Of a stretch of DNA of 64,000 nt, positions 20,589 through 30,742 are shown in pieces. The number at the start of each line of letters is the position of its first letter. Within the stretch, counting starts at the first letter, position 1. The position numbers were made by a program, and so were the translations under genes. This DNA comes from an uncultured delta proteobacterium (GTDB taxonomy: Bacteria > Desulfobacterota > Binatia > UBA9968). The notes under the pieces were generated by a model. The model saw only the letters and a list, made by a program, of their open reading frames with translations, did not search any database and was not told where the DNA came from. Where the stretch lies: positions 11,367-75,366 of the forward strand of contig CAWJBB010000081.1 of the NCBI GenBank assembly GCA_963840855.1. Reading direction: 5' to 3'.

Positions 20589-21395
20589 TCACGCTGCGGC
20601 TTTTCTGCGTGCGATCACGTAGGAGCGGAACGCGCGAAGGGCGCCGGAGCGAAAGAGACCGGGCGCCGTGCGCGCGGCGCGCGTTATCAGCGCGAGTGAC
20701 CACGGCATGACAACTTCAAACTTTTTCCCCGCGATCGCGCGGATAACCAGCTGTGATACGGTCTCCGGCTCCAGCATCAGGAAATCGGGCGACTTGGGCT
20801 TGCTGTTGGCAAAACCCTTACTAAAACCCGTCCGCACGGGTCCGGGGCAGATGACCGAGACGTGAATGCCCAGCGGCTTCAACTCATAGTAAAGGCTCTC
20901 CGAAAAACCGTTCATGGCGAATTTTGAGGCGCAGTAACCGGAAAGGTAGGGGGTGCCGATTATCCCAGCCACCGATGAAATATTTACGATATGACCGCCG
21001 CCTCGGGCGATCATCGATGGCAGGGCGGCGTGGGTGCAGTAAACCATGCCGAAATAATTTATGCGCATGATTTCTTCGATGGTGTCGACAGAAGTTTCGG
21101 CGAACAGCTTGCGCATGCCGATGCCGGCGTTGTTGATAAGGATGTCAATCTTGCCGAAGTCGGCGAGGACTTTGGCCACCATCGACTGGACTTCCTGCCG
21201 GTTGCCAACGTCACAAGGGATCATTGTCGATGACGGACTTGCGCGGCGGACTTCATCCAAGGTCCGATCCAACCGTTCCTGCGAACGGCCGCAGCCAATC
21301 ACGACCGCGCCTCGTTGGGCAAAATCGAGGGCGAGGCACCGCCCGATGCCACTCGACGCGCCAGTGATGAGGACGACTTGGTTGGTGGAGTTCAT
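20589..21395 (-). CDS. SDR family oxidoreductase
   Basis: TGASSGIG, NNAG, NISS and YCASK motifs. Confidence 0.92.
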   Translation of the reverse strand: MNSTNQVVLITGASSGIGRCLALDFAQRGAVVIGCGRSQERLDRTLDEVRRASPSSTMIPCDVGNRQEVQSMVAKVLADFGKIDILINNAGIGMRKLFAETSVDTIEEIMRINYFGMVYCTHAALPSMIARGGGHIVNISSVAGIIGTPYLSGYCASKFAMNGFSESLYYELKPLGIHVSVICPGPVRTGFSKGFANSKPKSPDFLMLEPETVSQLVIRAIAGKKFEVVMPWSLALITRAARTAPGLFRSGALRAFRSYVIARRKAAA

Positions 21396-21456
21396 ATCGA
21401 ATTGTATTGCGCATCGCGAACACGGAAATCAACCAGCTGCGAAATGTAAAACGAAA

Positions 21457-21592
21457 CTAGTGAACCCAACAGTTGGTTCGGGTCTGAGTTCGAAGAACCC
21501 TTGAAAGCTCGGGGTGAACGGCTGGCCAAGCCGTTCATGGTAGGTTTCGAGTCATGAACGGCAAACACTATAGAGCCGTTACAGTTTACTAG
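21457..21592. repeat. Degenerate MITE/REP composite with CTAG-bounded ends
   Basis: CTAGTGAAC...GTTTACTAG ends; internal TGAACGGC/GCCGTTCA palindromes. Confidence 0.5.
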
Positions 21593-21901
21593 AGTGTCCG
21601 ATTAAGATAGCCAAAAAGTGTGCGGTTTCACCATGTCATGAGCAAGACGACTTCAAGGGAATCTTAAACCCGCCAGGACGCGCAAGGATGTCATTTCGAC
21701 CGGAGGGAGAAGTCGCTTCATAGTATTCCCGTCGAAACCGGTTGCTGAAACCCCGCTCAGTCGATAACCAGGCAACGGAGGCCTGACACTTGGACCGTGT
21801 CGTTGTGCAGAGGCTCTTTAAGCGCGAGATATCTTTTGCCGATTCGGTAATTCAAAAACAACGCAAATTTCAAAAGTGGTCTGTCTAGGAATCAGCCTCG
21901 A

Positions 21902-23578
21902 ATGCCCCAAGAGTTTACGACACAGGAACTGGAAAGTCTCGCCCCATTTTTCACCAATCTCGATAGCAACGTTTTTGGCCTCAAGCTGCCGCAGGAGGTA
22001 GCCGGCGCGTTATTCTCACGTTATAGCCGGTCCGCGAAAAGTTTGCGCCGGACGTTTCTCGACGAGTTTCTCGGCGATCCTGAGCTCGCGATCAAAGATC
22101 TTCTTGGCGCCCAGACTTCGGCCACCGACGACAGCGCGGCGCTCAAAAAGGCGCGCGCCTTCTATGACCGCGTGCTCGTTGGCTACGGCGACGATTCCGT
22201 CGCGCAACTCGGCGGCGCGCATATCGCGTGTGAAAATATTTCCAACGTCGCCGCAAAGCTTCTCGAAGACGCGCGCATCGGCATCGCGCCGCTGGAAAAG
22301 TCAACGCGCTACGTGCGCTTCGATCAGAAAGATGCCAACGGGGACTATTTATTTTATCGCGAGCCGAAAATCATGGCATCGCGCCACCGCGCTGAGTATC
22401 TCCGCGTCATGAATCTGCTCTTCGACACGTACTCGCGGCAGATGGAGCCGATGCTCGAGAATATCGCGCAGTCATTGCCAATCGAACAATTGGAGGTTAG
22501 AGACCCAACAACCGGCAAGGGACTGAGCTATGACGAGGCAAAACGAGACGGGCGCCTAAAACGCTGGGCGGAAACTGCCTACCGCGCCACCGTGCGCGCG
22601 CACGCCTGCGACGTCCTGCGGAGCTACCTGCCGGCCGCGACGTTGACCAACCTCGGCATGTATGGCGTCGGCCAGGCGTTCGAATATCTCTTGAGCAAAA
22701 TGTATTCGCACGAACTGAGCGAAGCGAAAGAACTAGCCACGGTGATGCACAATGAGCTAAACCAACTCATTCCATCGTTCGTGAAGCGAGCGCAGATGAA
22801 CGATTATCTGGTCAGCACCGGCGCGTTGGCGAAAACTCTGGCGGCCCATGCGCCGCAAACGGCTTTGGCCGCTACAAACGAGTCGGTGATGTTGATCGAT
22901 TACGATCGCAATGCAGAGGAGAAAATCGTCGCGGCGATTTTTTATCCCCATGTACGCCATCCGTTGCAGGAGCTGCGGCAAATTGTCGCCCGAATGACCG
23001 CGGACGACCGGCGGAAAATTCTCGACGAATATCTTAGCAAACGGCGCCACCGTCGCGACAAACCAGGGCGGGCGTTCGAAAACGTTTATTACACCTTCGA
23101 CATCCTGGGAAATCTCGGACTCTACCGCGATCTACACCGCCACCGTATCCTGACTCAGGAGCGGCAGGATTTTACAACCGTGCATGGCTACGACACGGCG
23201 CCGGAAATTGAAGAAGCAGGGTTCAAGCAGCAATTCGACGATTGCATGGCGCAGGTAGCAACGCTCTACGAAAACATTTACCGCGATCTTCCGTGCGAAG
23301 CGCAGTATGTTGTCCCCTTCGCCTACAAGGTCCGCTGGTGCATAAAAATGAACCTGCGGGAAGCGCTCCACATGGTCGAGTTGCGCACCATGCCGCAAGG
23401 CCACCCTGATTACCGTTCAATCTGCCAGGAGATCTGGCGCAAAATTCAGGAAGTTCACCCGGCCCTGGCCGAGTGCGGCAAGTTCATCGACTGGAAGAGC
23501 TATCGACTGGGGCGATTGCAGTCGGAGATGCGCACGGAGTACAAGAAGTCCGGGTTCGAGAAGGAAGAGAAAAATTGA
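21902..23578 (+). CDS. thyX: FAD-dependent thymidylate synthase, long tandem-domain type
   Basis: SRYSRS, GYGDDSVAQL and EKSTRY in the first domain; RDLHRHR, NLREALHMVELR and QGHPDYR in the second. Confidence 0.88.
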   Translation: MPQEFTTQELESLAPFFTNLDSNVFGLKLPQEVAGALFSRYSRSAKSLRRTFLDEFLGDPELAIKDLLGAQTSATDDSAALKKARAFYDRVLVGYGDDSVAQLGGAHIACENISNVAAKLLEDARIGIAPLEKSTRYVRFDQKDANGDYLFYREPKIMASRHRAEYLRVMNLLFDTYSRQMEPMLENIAQSLPIEQLEVRDPTTGKGLSYDEAKRDGRLKRWAETAYRATVRAHACDVLRSYLPAATLTNLGMYGVGQAFEYLLSKMYSHELSEAKELATVMHNELNQLIPSFVKRAQMNDYLVSTGALAKTLAAHAPQTALAATNESVMLIDYDRNAEEKIVAAIFYPHVRHPLQELRQIVARMTADDRRKILDEYLSKRRHRRDKPGRAFENVYYTFDILGNLGLYRDLHRHRILTQERQDFTTVHGYDTAPEIEEAGFKQQFDDCMAQVATLYENIYRDLPCEAQYVVPFAYKVRWCIKMNLREALHMVELRTMPQGHPDYRSICQEIWRKIQEVHPALAECGKFIDWKSYRLGRLQSEMRTEYKKSGFEKEEKN

Positions 23579-23981
23579 ATAGCTCTATGAGATAGCAAGA
23601 TTAAAGGACCTAGGCTTTGGTTTGAGGTTGAGATTGATCGCATTGCACGCGCAGCGAAGGGATTCAGGAGTTCCGCGCGGCGTGACGTACACCCAGGATT
23701 CACAGGCTTCACAACGAAAACATCCGAGAAGGTCCTCACAGATTTCAGGGTCAGGTCTAGCAACGTAGTACGAGGTTGAATTTCTCCGCTTCTTTTGGAC
23801 TGGTGCAGCGCCTCTTCTTCCGTGTCGCGCAACACTGCGCAAAGGCTCGGTGGCAAGTCGCGTCCACGAAAAACTTCATATCAACAAATGTTGATGTGTC
23901 AACATGTGGCGACCGATGAGATCGGGTCTAAGTCGAAAATCGAGCCAGTTGAATTTCTGTGATTGGCAAGATTGTCGGAAA

Positions 23982-25166
23982 CTAACCCCACACCTGCCCC
24001 GCGACCTCCACCAGCCGGTCGAATTTACGCCACATGTCGTCTTCGCTCATCGCTTTGGAATCGATACCGCCGAAACCGCATTGGGGGCTGATGGCGAGCT
24101 GTTCGAGGGGAACGTAACGCGAGGCCTGGTCAATGCGGTGTTTGAGATCCTTGGCGGGTTCGATGTCGGAGCTCTTCGTTGTGATAAGGCCCAAGACGAT
24201 GACTTTGTCCTTTGGGACGAATCGCAAAGGCTCGAAGCCACCGGCGCGTTCGCTGTCGTATTCCAACAGAATACGATCATGCTTGAGACTGCCGAAGAGT
24301 TGTTCGGCGATGGGGTCGTAGTGGCCTTCACGGTGCCACTGCGGCACGAGCTTGCCCGTGTTCGGGTCAATGGTGCGGGCGTTGCCGCGACAGACGTGAA
24401 TACCGAAGGTCACACCAGGGAAGCCTTGGATGAGCGCGTTATCCGCGTCGATGGATCGTGCGAAATTTCTCTTCGGATCTTCGCCACGGGAACGCATTCG
24501 ATCGAGAGAAACTTGATCGACGTAGGCGGTGTAACCCGGCGCGTCGATCTGGATGTATTTGCAGCCGGCGTCAACCAGTTCGGCGATCATTTGTCGCTGA
24601 ATTGCAACGACATGATCGACGAAGTCGTCAAGACCTTTGTAAACCGCTTGCGAAGCTTCCCAGCGAAATCGCTGCGCCACCCGATCGGGGCCGATGAGCG
24701 TGGTTTTGACGGGTGCCTTAGCCACGCTCTGGGAGTAACGAAACTCTTCCAGGGGTACGTTTCTAACTAATTTCAATCGTTCGGCGGCGCCGCGCCGGGT
24801 GATGATGGCGGGTCCCGTTTCATCGAAGTTTTGTTCAGCACGTTCCAGTGGGTTAAGGTTGACCTGTCTCGTTTCATAATAACTAGACGTGTCTTGCGGC
24901 ACGTCGAAGCCGGCGACGGCTTCTGAAAAACTCTCTTGGAAGTTGTGACGGCGAAATTCGCCGTCGGTGACGATGTGAAGGCCGCGGGCTTCCTGGCTGG
25001 CGATGACGTTTCGGATCGCCTCATCCTGCGCATGGCGCAATTCTTCCGAGCTGGCTTGTTTTCGATCGAAGCGGGCAAACAGTTCTCTCAACTGAGCCGG
25101 ACGAACCAGACTGCCGATGTGATCGACGCGGATCTCGTTTAAGTCATTACTTGCGGCTGATGCCAT
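23982..25166 (-). CDS. Cobalamin-independent methionine synthase II-family (single-barrel MetE-like) protein
   Basis: DHIGSLVRP, TDGEFRR and YIQIDAP motifs; Zn ligands in HVCRGN, LEYD and SPQCGF. Confidence 0.88.
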   Translation of the reverse strand: MASAASNDLNEIRVDHIGSLVRPAQLRELFARFDRKQASSEELRHAQDEAIRNVIASQEARGLHIVTDGEFRRHNFQESFSEAVAGFDVPQDTSSYYETRQVNLNPLERAEQNFDETGPAIITRRGAAERLKLVRNVPLEEFRYSQSVAKAPVKTTLIGPDRVAQRFRWEASQAVYKGLDDFVDHVVAIQRQMIAELVDAGCKYIQIDAPGYTAYVDQVSLDRMRSRGEDPKRNFARSIDADNALIQGFPGVTFGIHVCRGNARTIDPNTGKLVPQWHREGHYDPIAEQLFGSLKHDRILLEYDSERAGGFEPLRFVPKDKVIVLGLITTKSSDIEPAKDLKHRIDQASRYVPLEQLAISPQCGFGGIDSKAMSEDDMWRKFDRLVEVAGQVWG

Positions 25167-25175
25167 GGCTACCTC

Positions 25176-25307
25176 CAGCAGGCTGCTGAAAAACTCCCTC
25201 GGAGTCCTTCGACGGGCTCAGGACGAACGGAGGGGGTTGAAATGATTTAGAAAATTCCGTTCATGCCGAGGCTCTCGAAGCATGAAATACCTTTTTTCAA
25301 GAGCCAG
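25176..25307. mobile_element. MITE/REP composite; uninterrupted relative of the element at 53555-55233
   Basis: AGCAGGCTGCTGAAAAACTCCCTCGGAGTCCTTCGAC..GGCTCAGGACGAACGGAGGGG...TTCCGTTCATGC.GAG..CTCGAAGCAT...TTTTTCA aligns with both flanks of the IS110. Confidence 0.8.
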
Positions 25308-25316
25308 GATTCCTCA

Positions 25317-26477
25317 TCACATGAATTGTACAAAAATCGAATTTGCGACCATCATCCCTTTGTGGGTCAAGCAAAGGAACCCGTTTTTCTCCTCCATGAG
25401 CTCGGCTTCAAGCCAATCCGCAATTCGCGGAAAGTATGCCGCCGGGCTCCGGCCAAACCTGGCGCTGAACAAATCGGTAGATATACCCTCCGTCATGCGC
25501 AGACCGAGAAACATAAACTCGCCGGCGGCTTTAACCCGGTCGACTTGTTCTCGGTCAACGATGGCTTGGCTCGCTTCATCGACGAGCGCCATGTACCGGC
25601 CCGGATTTTTCTCATTACTCCATCTTTGTCCGCTGACGTCGTCGATGTTCGTACTTTTGTAGCTGTGCGCGCCCGCGCCCAGGCCTAGATAATCACCGCC
25701 GCGCCAATAGTTGACGTTGTGACGGGAGTGCCGGCCCGGTTTAGCGTAGTTTGAGATCTCGTAGCGCTCTAGCCCGGCGCCGCTTAGCTTGTTTTCAATG
25801 AGCTCGGCCATGGCGATCTCTTCCTCTTCGCTCAACGAACAGAGCCTGCCGGCGCGGTACTCATGGTGGAACGGTGTACCCTCTTCAAAAGTTAGATTAT
25901 ACGCCGATAAGTGCGGCGATTTAAATTCGAGTGCGGCATCGAGATCAGCCTCTAACTCAGCCAGGGTCTGGCCGGGATTGGCGTAGATCAAATCGAAGCT
26001 GAAATTCTCAAAGCCGGCCTTTCTGACCACGCGCAGCGCCGCCCGGGCATCATCCGCTGAGTGCGTCCGCCCAAGAAATTTGAGCAGGCGCGGCTCGAAC
26101 GATTGCACGCCGACGCTGATCCGATTGACCCCGGCTTCCCGGTAACCGAAGAAGTTCTTTTGGTCAACGGTTCCGGGATTGGCTTCTAACGTGATTTCGC
26201 AGCTCGGGTCGACGGGGAATAATTCTGCGACTCGTTTGAGAATTCTATCGATACTTTCGGGCACGAACGTCGACGGCGTGCCGCCGCCGAAAAAGATGCT
26301 CTGCGCCGGCCGGCCATGCCAATCGCTCAGCTGGCCGAAGTGATCCAACTCGCGAAGTAAGGCGTCGGTGTATTGCTTTTCGGGTATATCCGGAACGACG
26401 TGCGAGTTGAAATCACAATAGGGACATTTACTGATGCAATACGGTATATGGATGTAAAGAGAGAACAGTGCACTCAT
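25317..26477 (-). CDS. hemW: Radical SAM heme chaperone HemW
   Basis: YIHIPYCISKCPYCDFN, GGGTPS, EANP, YEISNY and HNVNYW motifs. Confidence 0.92.
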   Translation of the reverse strand: MSALFSLYIHIPYCISKCPYCDFNSHVVPDIPEKQYTDALLRELDHFGQLSDWHGRPAQSIFFGGGTPSTFVPESIDRILKRVAELFPVDPSCEITLEANPGTVDQKNFFGYREAGVNRISVGVQSFEPRLLKFLGRTHSADDARAALRVVRKAGFENFSFDLIYANPGQTLAELEADLDAALEFKSPHLSAYNLTFEEGTPFHHEYRAGRLCSLSEEEEIAMAELIENKLSGAGLERYEISNYAKPGRHSRHNVNYWRGGDYLGLGAGAHSYKSTNIDDVSGQRWSNEKNPGRYMALVDEASQAIVDREQVDRVKAAGEFMFLGLRMTEGISTDLFSARFGRSPAAYFPRIADWLEAELMEEKNGFLCLTHKGMMVANSIFVQFM

Positions 26478-26604
26478 CTGCCGCCTATCATATTTTCGCC
26501 CAGGCTGTTGTGCAACCGGCTGATTTTCTGTTTGGTCAAGCCGGCCGGGATTGTGTATGTTCGGTTGGCTTGGAATACTCTGCCTTCCGGAAGGACGGTT
26601 GACA

Positions 26605-27555
26605 ATGACGACTGATTCAAGCTTCTCCGCAACGAAGGCCGCCGAGGAGCCGAACCGACGGAGGTTTAGCTTTCACGGTTCAGGCGGTTCCCTTTTCGGC
26701 ATTCAGATCGTTAACCTGTTTCTGACCCTGGTTACACTCGGCATTTATTCATTTTGGGGCCGGGTAAAAGTGCGTAAATACATGATGAGTCAAAGCGACT
26801 TCGAAGGCGACCGTTTTGCCTATCATGGCACCGGCAAAGAATTACTGATCGGCTGGCTAAAAGCAATCATCATCGTCGGCGTGCCCATCGTCGCTTTGAT
26901 GCTGCTTTCAGCGGGGGCGCTGGTTTATGTCGTCTTTGCCGTATTCATGCCGGTGGCGGTGGTCAACGCGCGGCGCTACCGCTTAAGCCGCACATCCTGG
27001 CGCGGCATTCGTTTCTCTTTCCGCGGCGAGGTCATGGACTTTTTCAAGATTTCCATTAAGGGTTGGCTGCTTACGGCGGTCACCTTGGGTATCGCCTATC
27101 CGATCTGGCAAAACTGGCGGCAGGAATTTCTGGTATCCCATGCTTATTTCGGCAACCGGCGATTTGAATACGACGGCAGCGGCAAGGATCTATTGTGGAG
27201 TTATGTTCTGAATATTCTTCTGTCGCTGCCGACATTCGGCATCTGCTGGGTTTGGTACTGGGCGCGGGTACAGCGCTATTATTCGGAGCACACGCGGTTC
27301 GGCGGCGGAAATTTCCGATCGACGGTAACCGGCGGTGGACTCTTTGGACTGATGTTCGGCAATTTACTCTTGCTCATTATTACCCTGGGCCTCGCCTGGT
27401 CCTGGGTTCTCGTGCGCAATGCGCGGTTTTTCCTCGGGCATCTCTATTTGGACGGGCCGCTGGAGACGGCGGAAATCATGCAAGAGGCTCAAGCCGCCGA
27501 CGCCACGGGAGACGTGCTCTCGGGGTTTTTTGATCTGGATTTTGATCTCGGTTGA
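26605..27555 (+). CDS. YjgN/DUF898 family membrane protein
   Basis: FSFHGSG, LTLVTLGIYSFW and TSWRGIRFSF repeats; paired with an M48 peptidase. Confidence 0.85.
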   Translation: MTTDSSFSATKAAEEPNRRRFSFHGSGGSLFGIQIVNLFLTLVTLGIYSFWGRVKVRKYMMSQSDFEGDRFAYHGTGKELLIGWLKAIIIVGVPIVALMLLSAGALVYVVFAVFMPVAVVNARRYRLSRTSWRGIRFSFRGEVMDFFKISIKGWLLTAVTLGIAYPIWQNWRQEFLVSHAYFGNRRFEYDGSGKDLLWSYVLNILLSLPTFGICWVWYWARVQRYYSEHTRFGGGNFRSTVTGGGLFGLMFGNLLLLIITLGLAWSWVLVRNARFFLGHLYLDGPLETAEIMQEAQAADATGDVLSGFFDLDFDLG

Positions 27556-27572
27556 GCTCTTAGGACAACGCC

Positions 27573-28703
27573 ATGCAGCTTGAATGGCAAGCTTTTTACC
27601 TGGACGGCAAGACCGCCCTCCGGCGCGCCGCAACCGTGCAACTGCAGCCGTCGGCTCTGCGTATCGTGATCGACGGCGGGGATACTGTCTACTGGCCTTA
27701 TGAATCCATCGAGCAGACGCAGGGCTCCTATACAGGTGAACAGGTAAGGCTCGAACGCGGCGCGGAGTTTCCCGAGATTCTGCTCCTGTCCGATCACGGT
27801 TTTCTTGCCGCTTTGCATCAATTTGCGCCGGCGCGCGCCGGGCGCTTCCACAATCCGGCTCGCCGGCAGGCCAGGATTCGGGCGACGATACTGGCCGGCG
27901 TCGTTTCCGTAATCCTGGTGGTGCTGGCGTATCTTTACGGTATTCCTGCGCTTGCTACGGCGGTCACGCCTTGGGTGCCGATTGCGTGGGAAGAATCGCT
28001 CGGTGCTCTGGCGGTGGATCATTTGGCAGCGCCCGAGTCTCGCTGCGCCGATCCAGCGCGGCAACAGATTCTCAACGACTTGATCGCCCGATTGAGCGCG
28101 GCTGTGCCGAAGTCGCCCTACAAGATTCGCGTGCTTGTGGTCGACAATCCGATGATGAATGCGCTTGCCGCGCCTGGTGGCTATATTGTCGTCTTTCGTG
28201 GCCTGATCGATGCAGCGCGAACTCCGGAAGAACTGGCCGGAGTGTTGGCCCATGAACTGCAGCACGTGTTACGACGCCACTCGACGCGGCTGTTGCTACA
28301 GCATGTCTCGACCGGACTGTTGATGGCCGCACTGTTTGGTGACGCGAGTGGTCTGGCGTCCTTTGGCCTTGACGCGGCTCAGAATTTGGCGCTGCTGCGC
28401 TACAGCCGAAGTCACGAAACCGAAGCGGATGAAGAGGGGCTGCGAACTCTCATCGCCGCTGGGATCGATCCTAACGGGATGGTCTCGTTTTTTGAAACGC
28501 TGCAGCAAAAAGAAGGCAGGGAACCTCGTTATCTCGCCTATCTTTCCAGCCATCCGAACACGCTAGAGCGCATCGATCGCCTTAAATCCCTGATCGCCCA
28601 AACGCCATCCACCCGAACCAAGCTGCTCGCCCCGGAGACATTGACCGAGCTTAAGATGATCTGTCCAGTGCTTCCGGGCAAAGAGAAACCTCCCACAAAC
28701 TAA
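27573..28703 (+). CDS. M48 family metallopeptidase
   Basis: NALAAPGG, GVLAHELQH (HExxH), YSRSHETEAD and LSSHP motifs. Confidence 0.9.
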   Translation: MQLEWQAFYLDGKTALRRAATVQLQPSALRIVIDGGDTVYWPYESIEQTQGSYTGEQVRLERGAEFPEILLLSDHGFLAALHQFAPARAGRFHNPARRQARIRATILAGVVSVILVVLAYLYGIPALATAVTPWVPIAWEESLGALAVDHLAAPESRCADPARQQILNDLIARLSAAVPKSPYKIRVLVVDNPMMNALAAPGGYIVVFRGLIDAARTPEELAGVLAHELQHVLRRHSTRLLLQHVSTGLLMAALFGDASGLASFGLDAAQNLALLRYSRSHETEADEEGLRTLIAAGIDPNGMVSFFETLQQKEGREPRYLAYLSSHPNTLERIDRLKSLIAQTPSTRTKLLAPETLTELKMICPVLPGKEKPPTN

Positions 28704-28794
28704 ATATTTGGCTGCGGGTGGGAGAAATACGTCGAATTGAATTGGCCTCGGGCGGCTGTTATATTCCGTGCGAGAACTACGCACGAGGCTCAGC

Positions 28795-29319
28795 ATGTCG
28801 GTTCCAGAGCACACTTCGGTCCACGAGCATAAAGAAAGGGCGAAAAGAAGTATTCGCTGTTTTGTCGTAACTGTCAGCGACACGCGGGATGAGACCACGG
28901 ATACGAGCGGCCTGGCGATTAAGAAGTACTTGAGTGATGAAGGCCATCAGACGGCCGGTTACCGCATCGTCAAAGACGAACCGGACCAGATAGAAGCGGC
29001 ACTCAATGACGCGCTTGGCGGCGGCGATGTCGAGGCGGTGATCGTCAACGGCGGTACCGGTATCGCACCGCGGGACGGCACCTATGAAGTCGTGAGCCGG
29101 TTTTTGGAGAAGAAGCTCGACGGCTTCGGCGAGATTTTTCGCTATTTAAGTTTCCTAGACATCGGTTCGGCGGCGATCATGAGCCGTGCCGCGGCGGGAA
29201 CGGCGCGCGGCAAAATATTGATCTCCCTGCCGGGGTCGAAGGGAGCCGTCACGCTGGCTATGGAGAAACTCATCTTGCCGGAAATCCGCCACATGGTTTC
29301 GCAGCTCCAGGGACGATGA
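28795..29319 (+). CDS. moaB: MoaB/MogA molybdenum cofactor biosynthesis protein
   Basis: TVSD, GGTGIAPRD, LDGFGEIFR, SRA and LPGS motifs. Confidence 0.88.
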   Translation: MSVPEHTSVHEHKERAKRSIRCFVVTVSDTRDETTDTSGLAIKKYLSDEGHQTAGYRIVKDEPDQIEAALNDALGGGDVEAVIVNGGTGIAPRDGTYEVVSRFLEKKLDGFGEIFRYLSFLDIGSAAIMSRAAAGTARGKILISLPGSKGAVTLAMEKLILPEIRHMVSQLQGR

Positions 29320-29561
29320 AAGTTCGAGTCAAGTTCTTCGCCATTCTCCGGGAGCGGGCGGGAACGGCCGACGCCACAAAAGAGCTTGCCGAAGGCAGCA
29401 CGGTGTCCGACCTTTGGCAGGCGCTCAGGAAAGATTACCCTAAGCTGGATGTTCCAGGAATTCGCCTCCTGTACGCCGTGAATCGAAGCTACGTGAGTCC
29501 GGATCATAAACTTGCCGACCAGGACGAAGTGGTTTTTATTCCTCCCGTGAGCGGGGGTTAG
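29316..29561 (+). CDS. moaD: Molybdopterin synthase sulfur carrier
   Basis: C-terminal PPVSGG. Confidence 0.93.
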   Translation: MKVRVKFFAILRERAGTADATKELAEGSTVSDLWQALRKDYPKLDVPGIRLLYAVNRSYVSPDHKLADQDEVVFIPPVSGG

Positions 29562-29563
29562 AG

Positions 29564-29995
29564 ATGTTTCGTGTAACCAACCAGCCGTTAAATCTCCAAG
29601 AACTTGTCGATTTTGTCACCGATCCGGGTGCGGGTGCCATTGCGACGTTTATCGGTACGACGCGCAATAACAATGAGGGGCGCAGGGTCGTCGCTCTCGA
29701 TTACGATGCCTATCCGGAGATGGCTGAGAAGGAACTGAGACGAATTGGCGACGACGCAAGCAAGAAATGGCAGCTTTGCCGCATGGCGATCGTGCACCGC
29801 ATCGGTCCCGTTCAAATTACCCAAGCGAGCGTCATGATCGCCGTATCATCGGCGCATCGCGAGGCGGCCTTCGCCGCTTGCCGGTTCGCCATCGAAGAGA
29901 TCAAAAAAACCGTGCCGATCTGGAAAAAGGAACTTTATGAAGGTGGAGAGTTATGGATCGGCACGCAAAGTGGCCAGCCTATGCTCGGCGGCTAA
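29564..29995 (+). CDS. moaE: Molybdopterin synthase catalytic subunit
   Basis: GAIATFIGTTR, HRIG, SAHR and PIWKKE motifs. Confidence 0.93.
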   Translation: MFRVTNQPLNLQELVDFVTDPGAGAIATFIGTTRNNNEGRRVVALDYDAYPEMAEKELRRIGDDASKKWQLCRMAIVHRIGPVQITQASVMIAVSSAHREAAFAACRFAIEEIKKTVPIWKKELYEGGELWIGTQSGQPMLGG

Positions 29996-30013
29996 GCGCC
30001 CGAGCCTGAAAAG

Positions 30014-30694
30014 TCACTGGTTCTGATTTAATATTTTTCCCCGGACGCGCGAACGCAGCCAGATGATCACGGCGAGAGTCGCGGCGATGAGCAAAGCGGA
30101 GACGATGGATTCGGCTTTGTCGATTCCCTTCGCAATGCCGTGATAGGTTTCGCCGAGTCCCCAGCCGAGATAACCAAGAAAAAGGCAGCGCGGAATTGTT
30201 CCGTAAAACGTCCAAAGGCTGAATTGTTTGACCGGCAGCCGAAGCAGCCCCGCCGCGGCAGAGATAACGGAGAGCGGAAAGATCGGCAAGGCGCGCAGGA
30301 AAAATATCGAAGCCTTGACCCCGCTGTCCTTAAACCTCCGTTCCATCGCTTCGACGTCGCTCCAGCTAAATCCCAGAAAGGATTTCCAGCGGTCGATCAT
30401 CGGCTTCCCGCCAAAGTAGCCGATGCCATAGCCGATATAGGCGCCGACGGTGGAAGCGATGGAGCCGGGCAAGACGATCTGAAGAACAATCGGCGCCAGC
30501 GCTTCCATAAATTTCAAGTCCGCACTGATAAGCACGAAGCCCGCGCCCATGATGATCAGCGGCGACGGGATCGGCACGATCACCGATTCAATAATAACGC
30601 CGATAAAAACACTCCATGGCCCGTAGGCGCGGATGGAGTCCATGATCCAATTGAGAATATCGGCCAAGTGCCCTCTCTCCCAAAAAATCTTCAT
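30014..30694 (-). CDS. DedA family membrane protein
   Basis: ESVIVPIPSPLI, FFLRALP and ISAAAG motifs; start uncertain. Confidence 0.85.
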   Translation of the reverse strand: MKIFWERGHLADILNWIMDSIRAYGPWSVFIGVIIESVIVPIPSPLIIMGAGFVLISADLKFMEALAPIVLQIVLPGSIASTVGAYIGYGIGYFGGKPMIDRWKSFLGFSWSDVEAMERRFKDSGVKASIFFLRALPIFPLSVISAAAGLLRLPVKQFSLWTFYGTIPRCLFLGYLGWGLGETYHGIAKGIDKAESIVSALLIAATLAVIIWLRSRVRGKILNQNQ

Positions 30695-30742
30695 TCAGAG
30701 TAGCAGTAAATTCGAGTGAAGTTAACCCAAGCCCGGCGGGGC

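Noticed and set aside
21600-21900. Riboswitch upstream of thyX
   Set aside because: I could not match any aptamer consensus; part of the region is a REP-like repeat (TGTCATTTCGACC..AGGGAGAA).
23585-23842. Cys-containing 85-aa minus-strand ORF
   Set aside because: Weak start and no family recognised; insufficient support.
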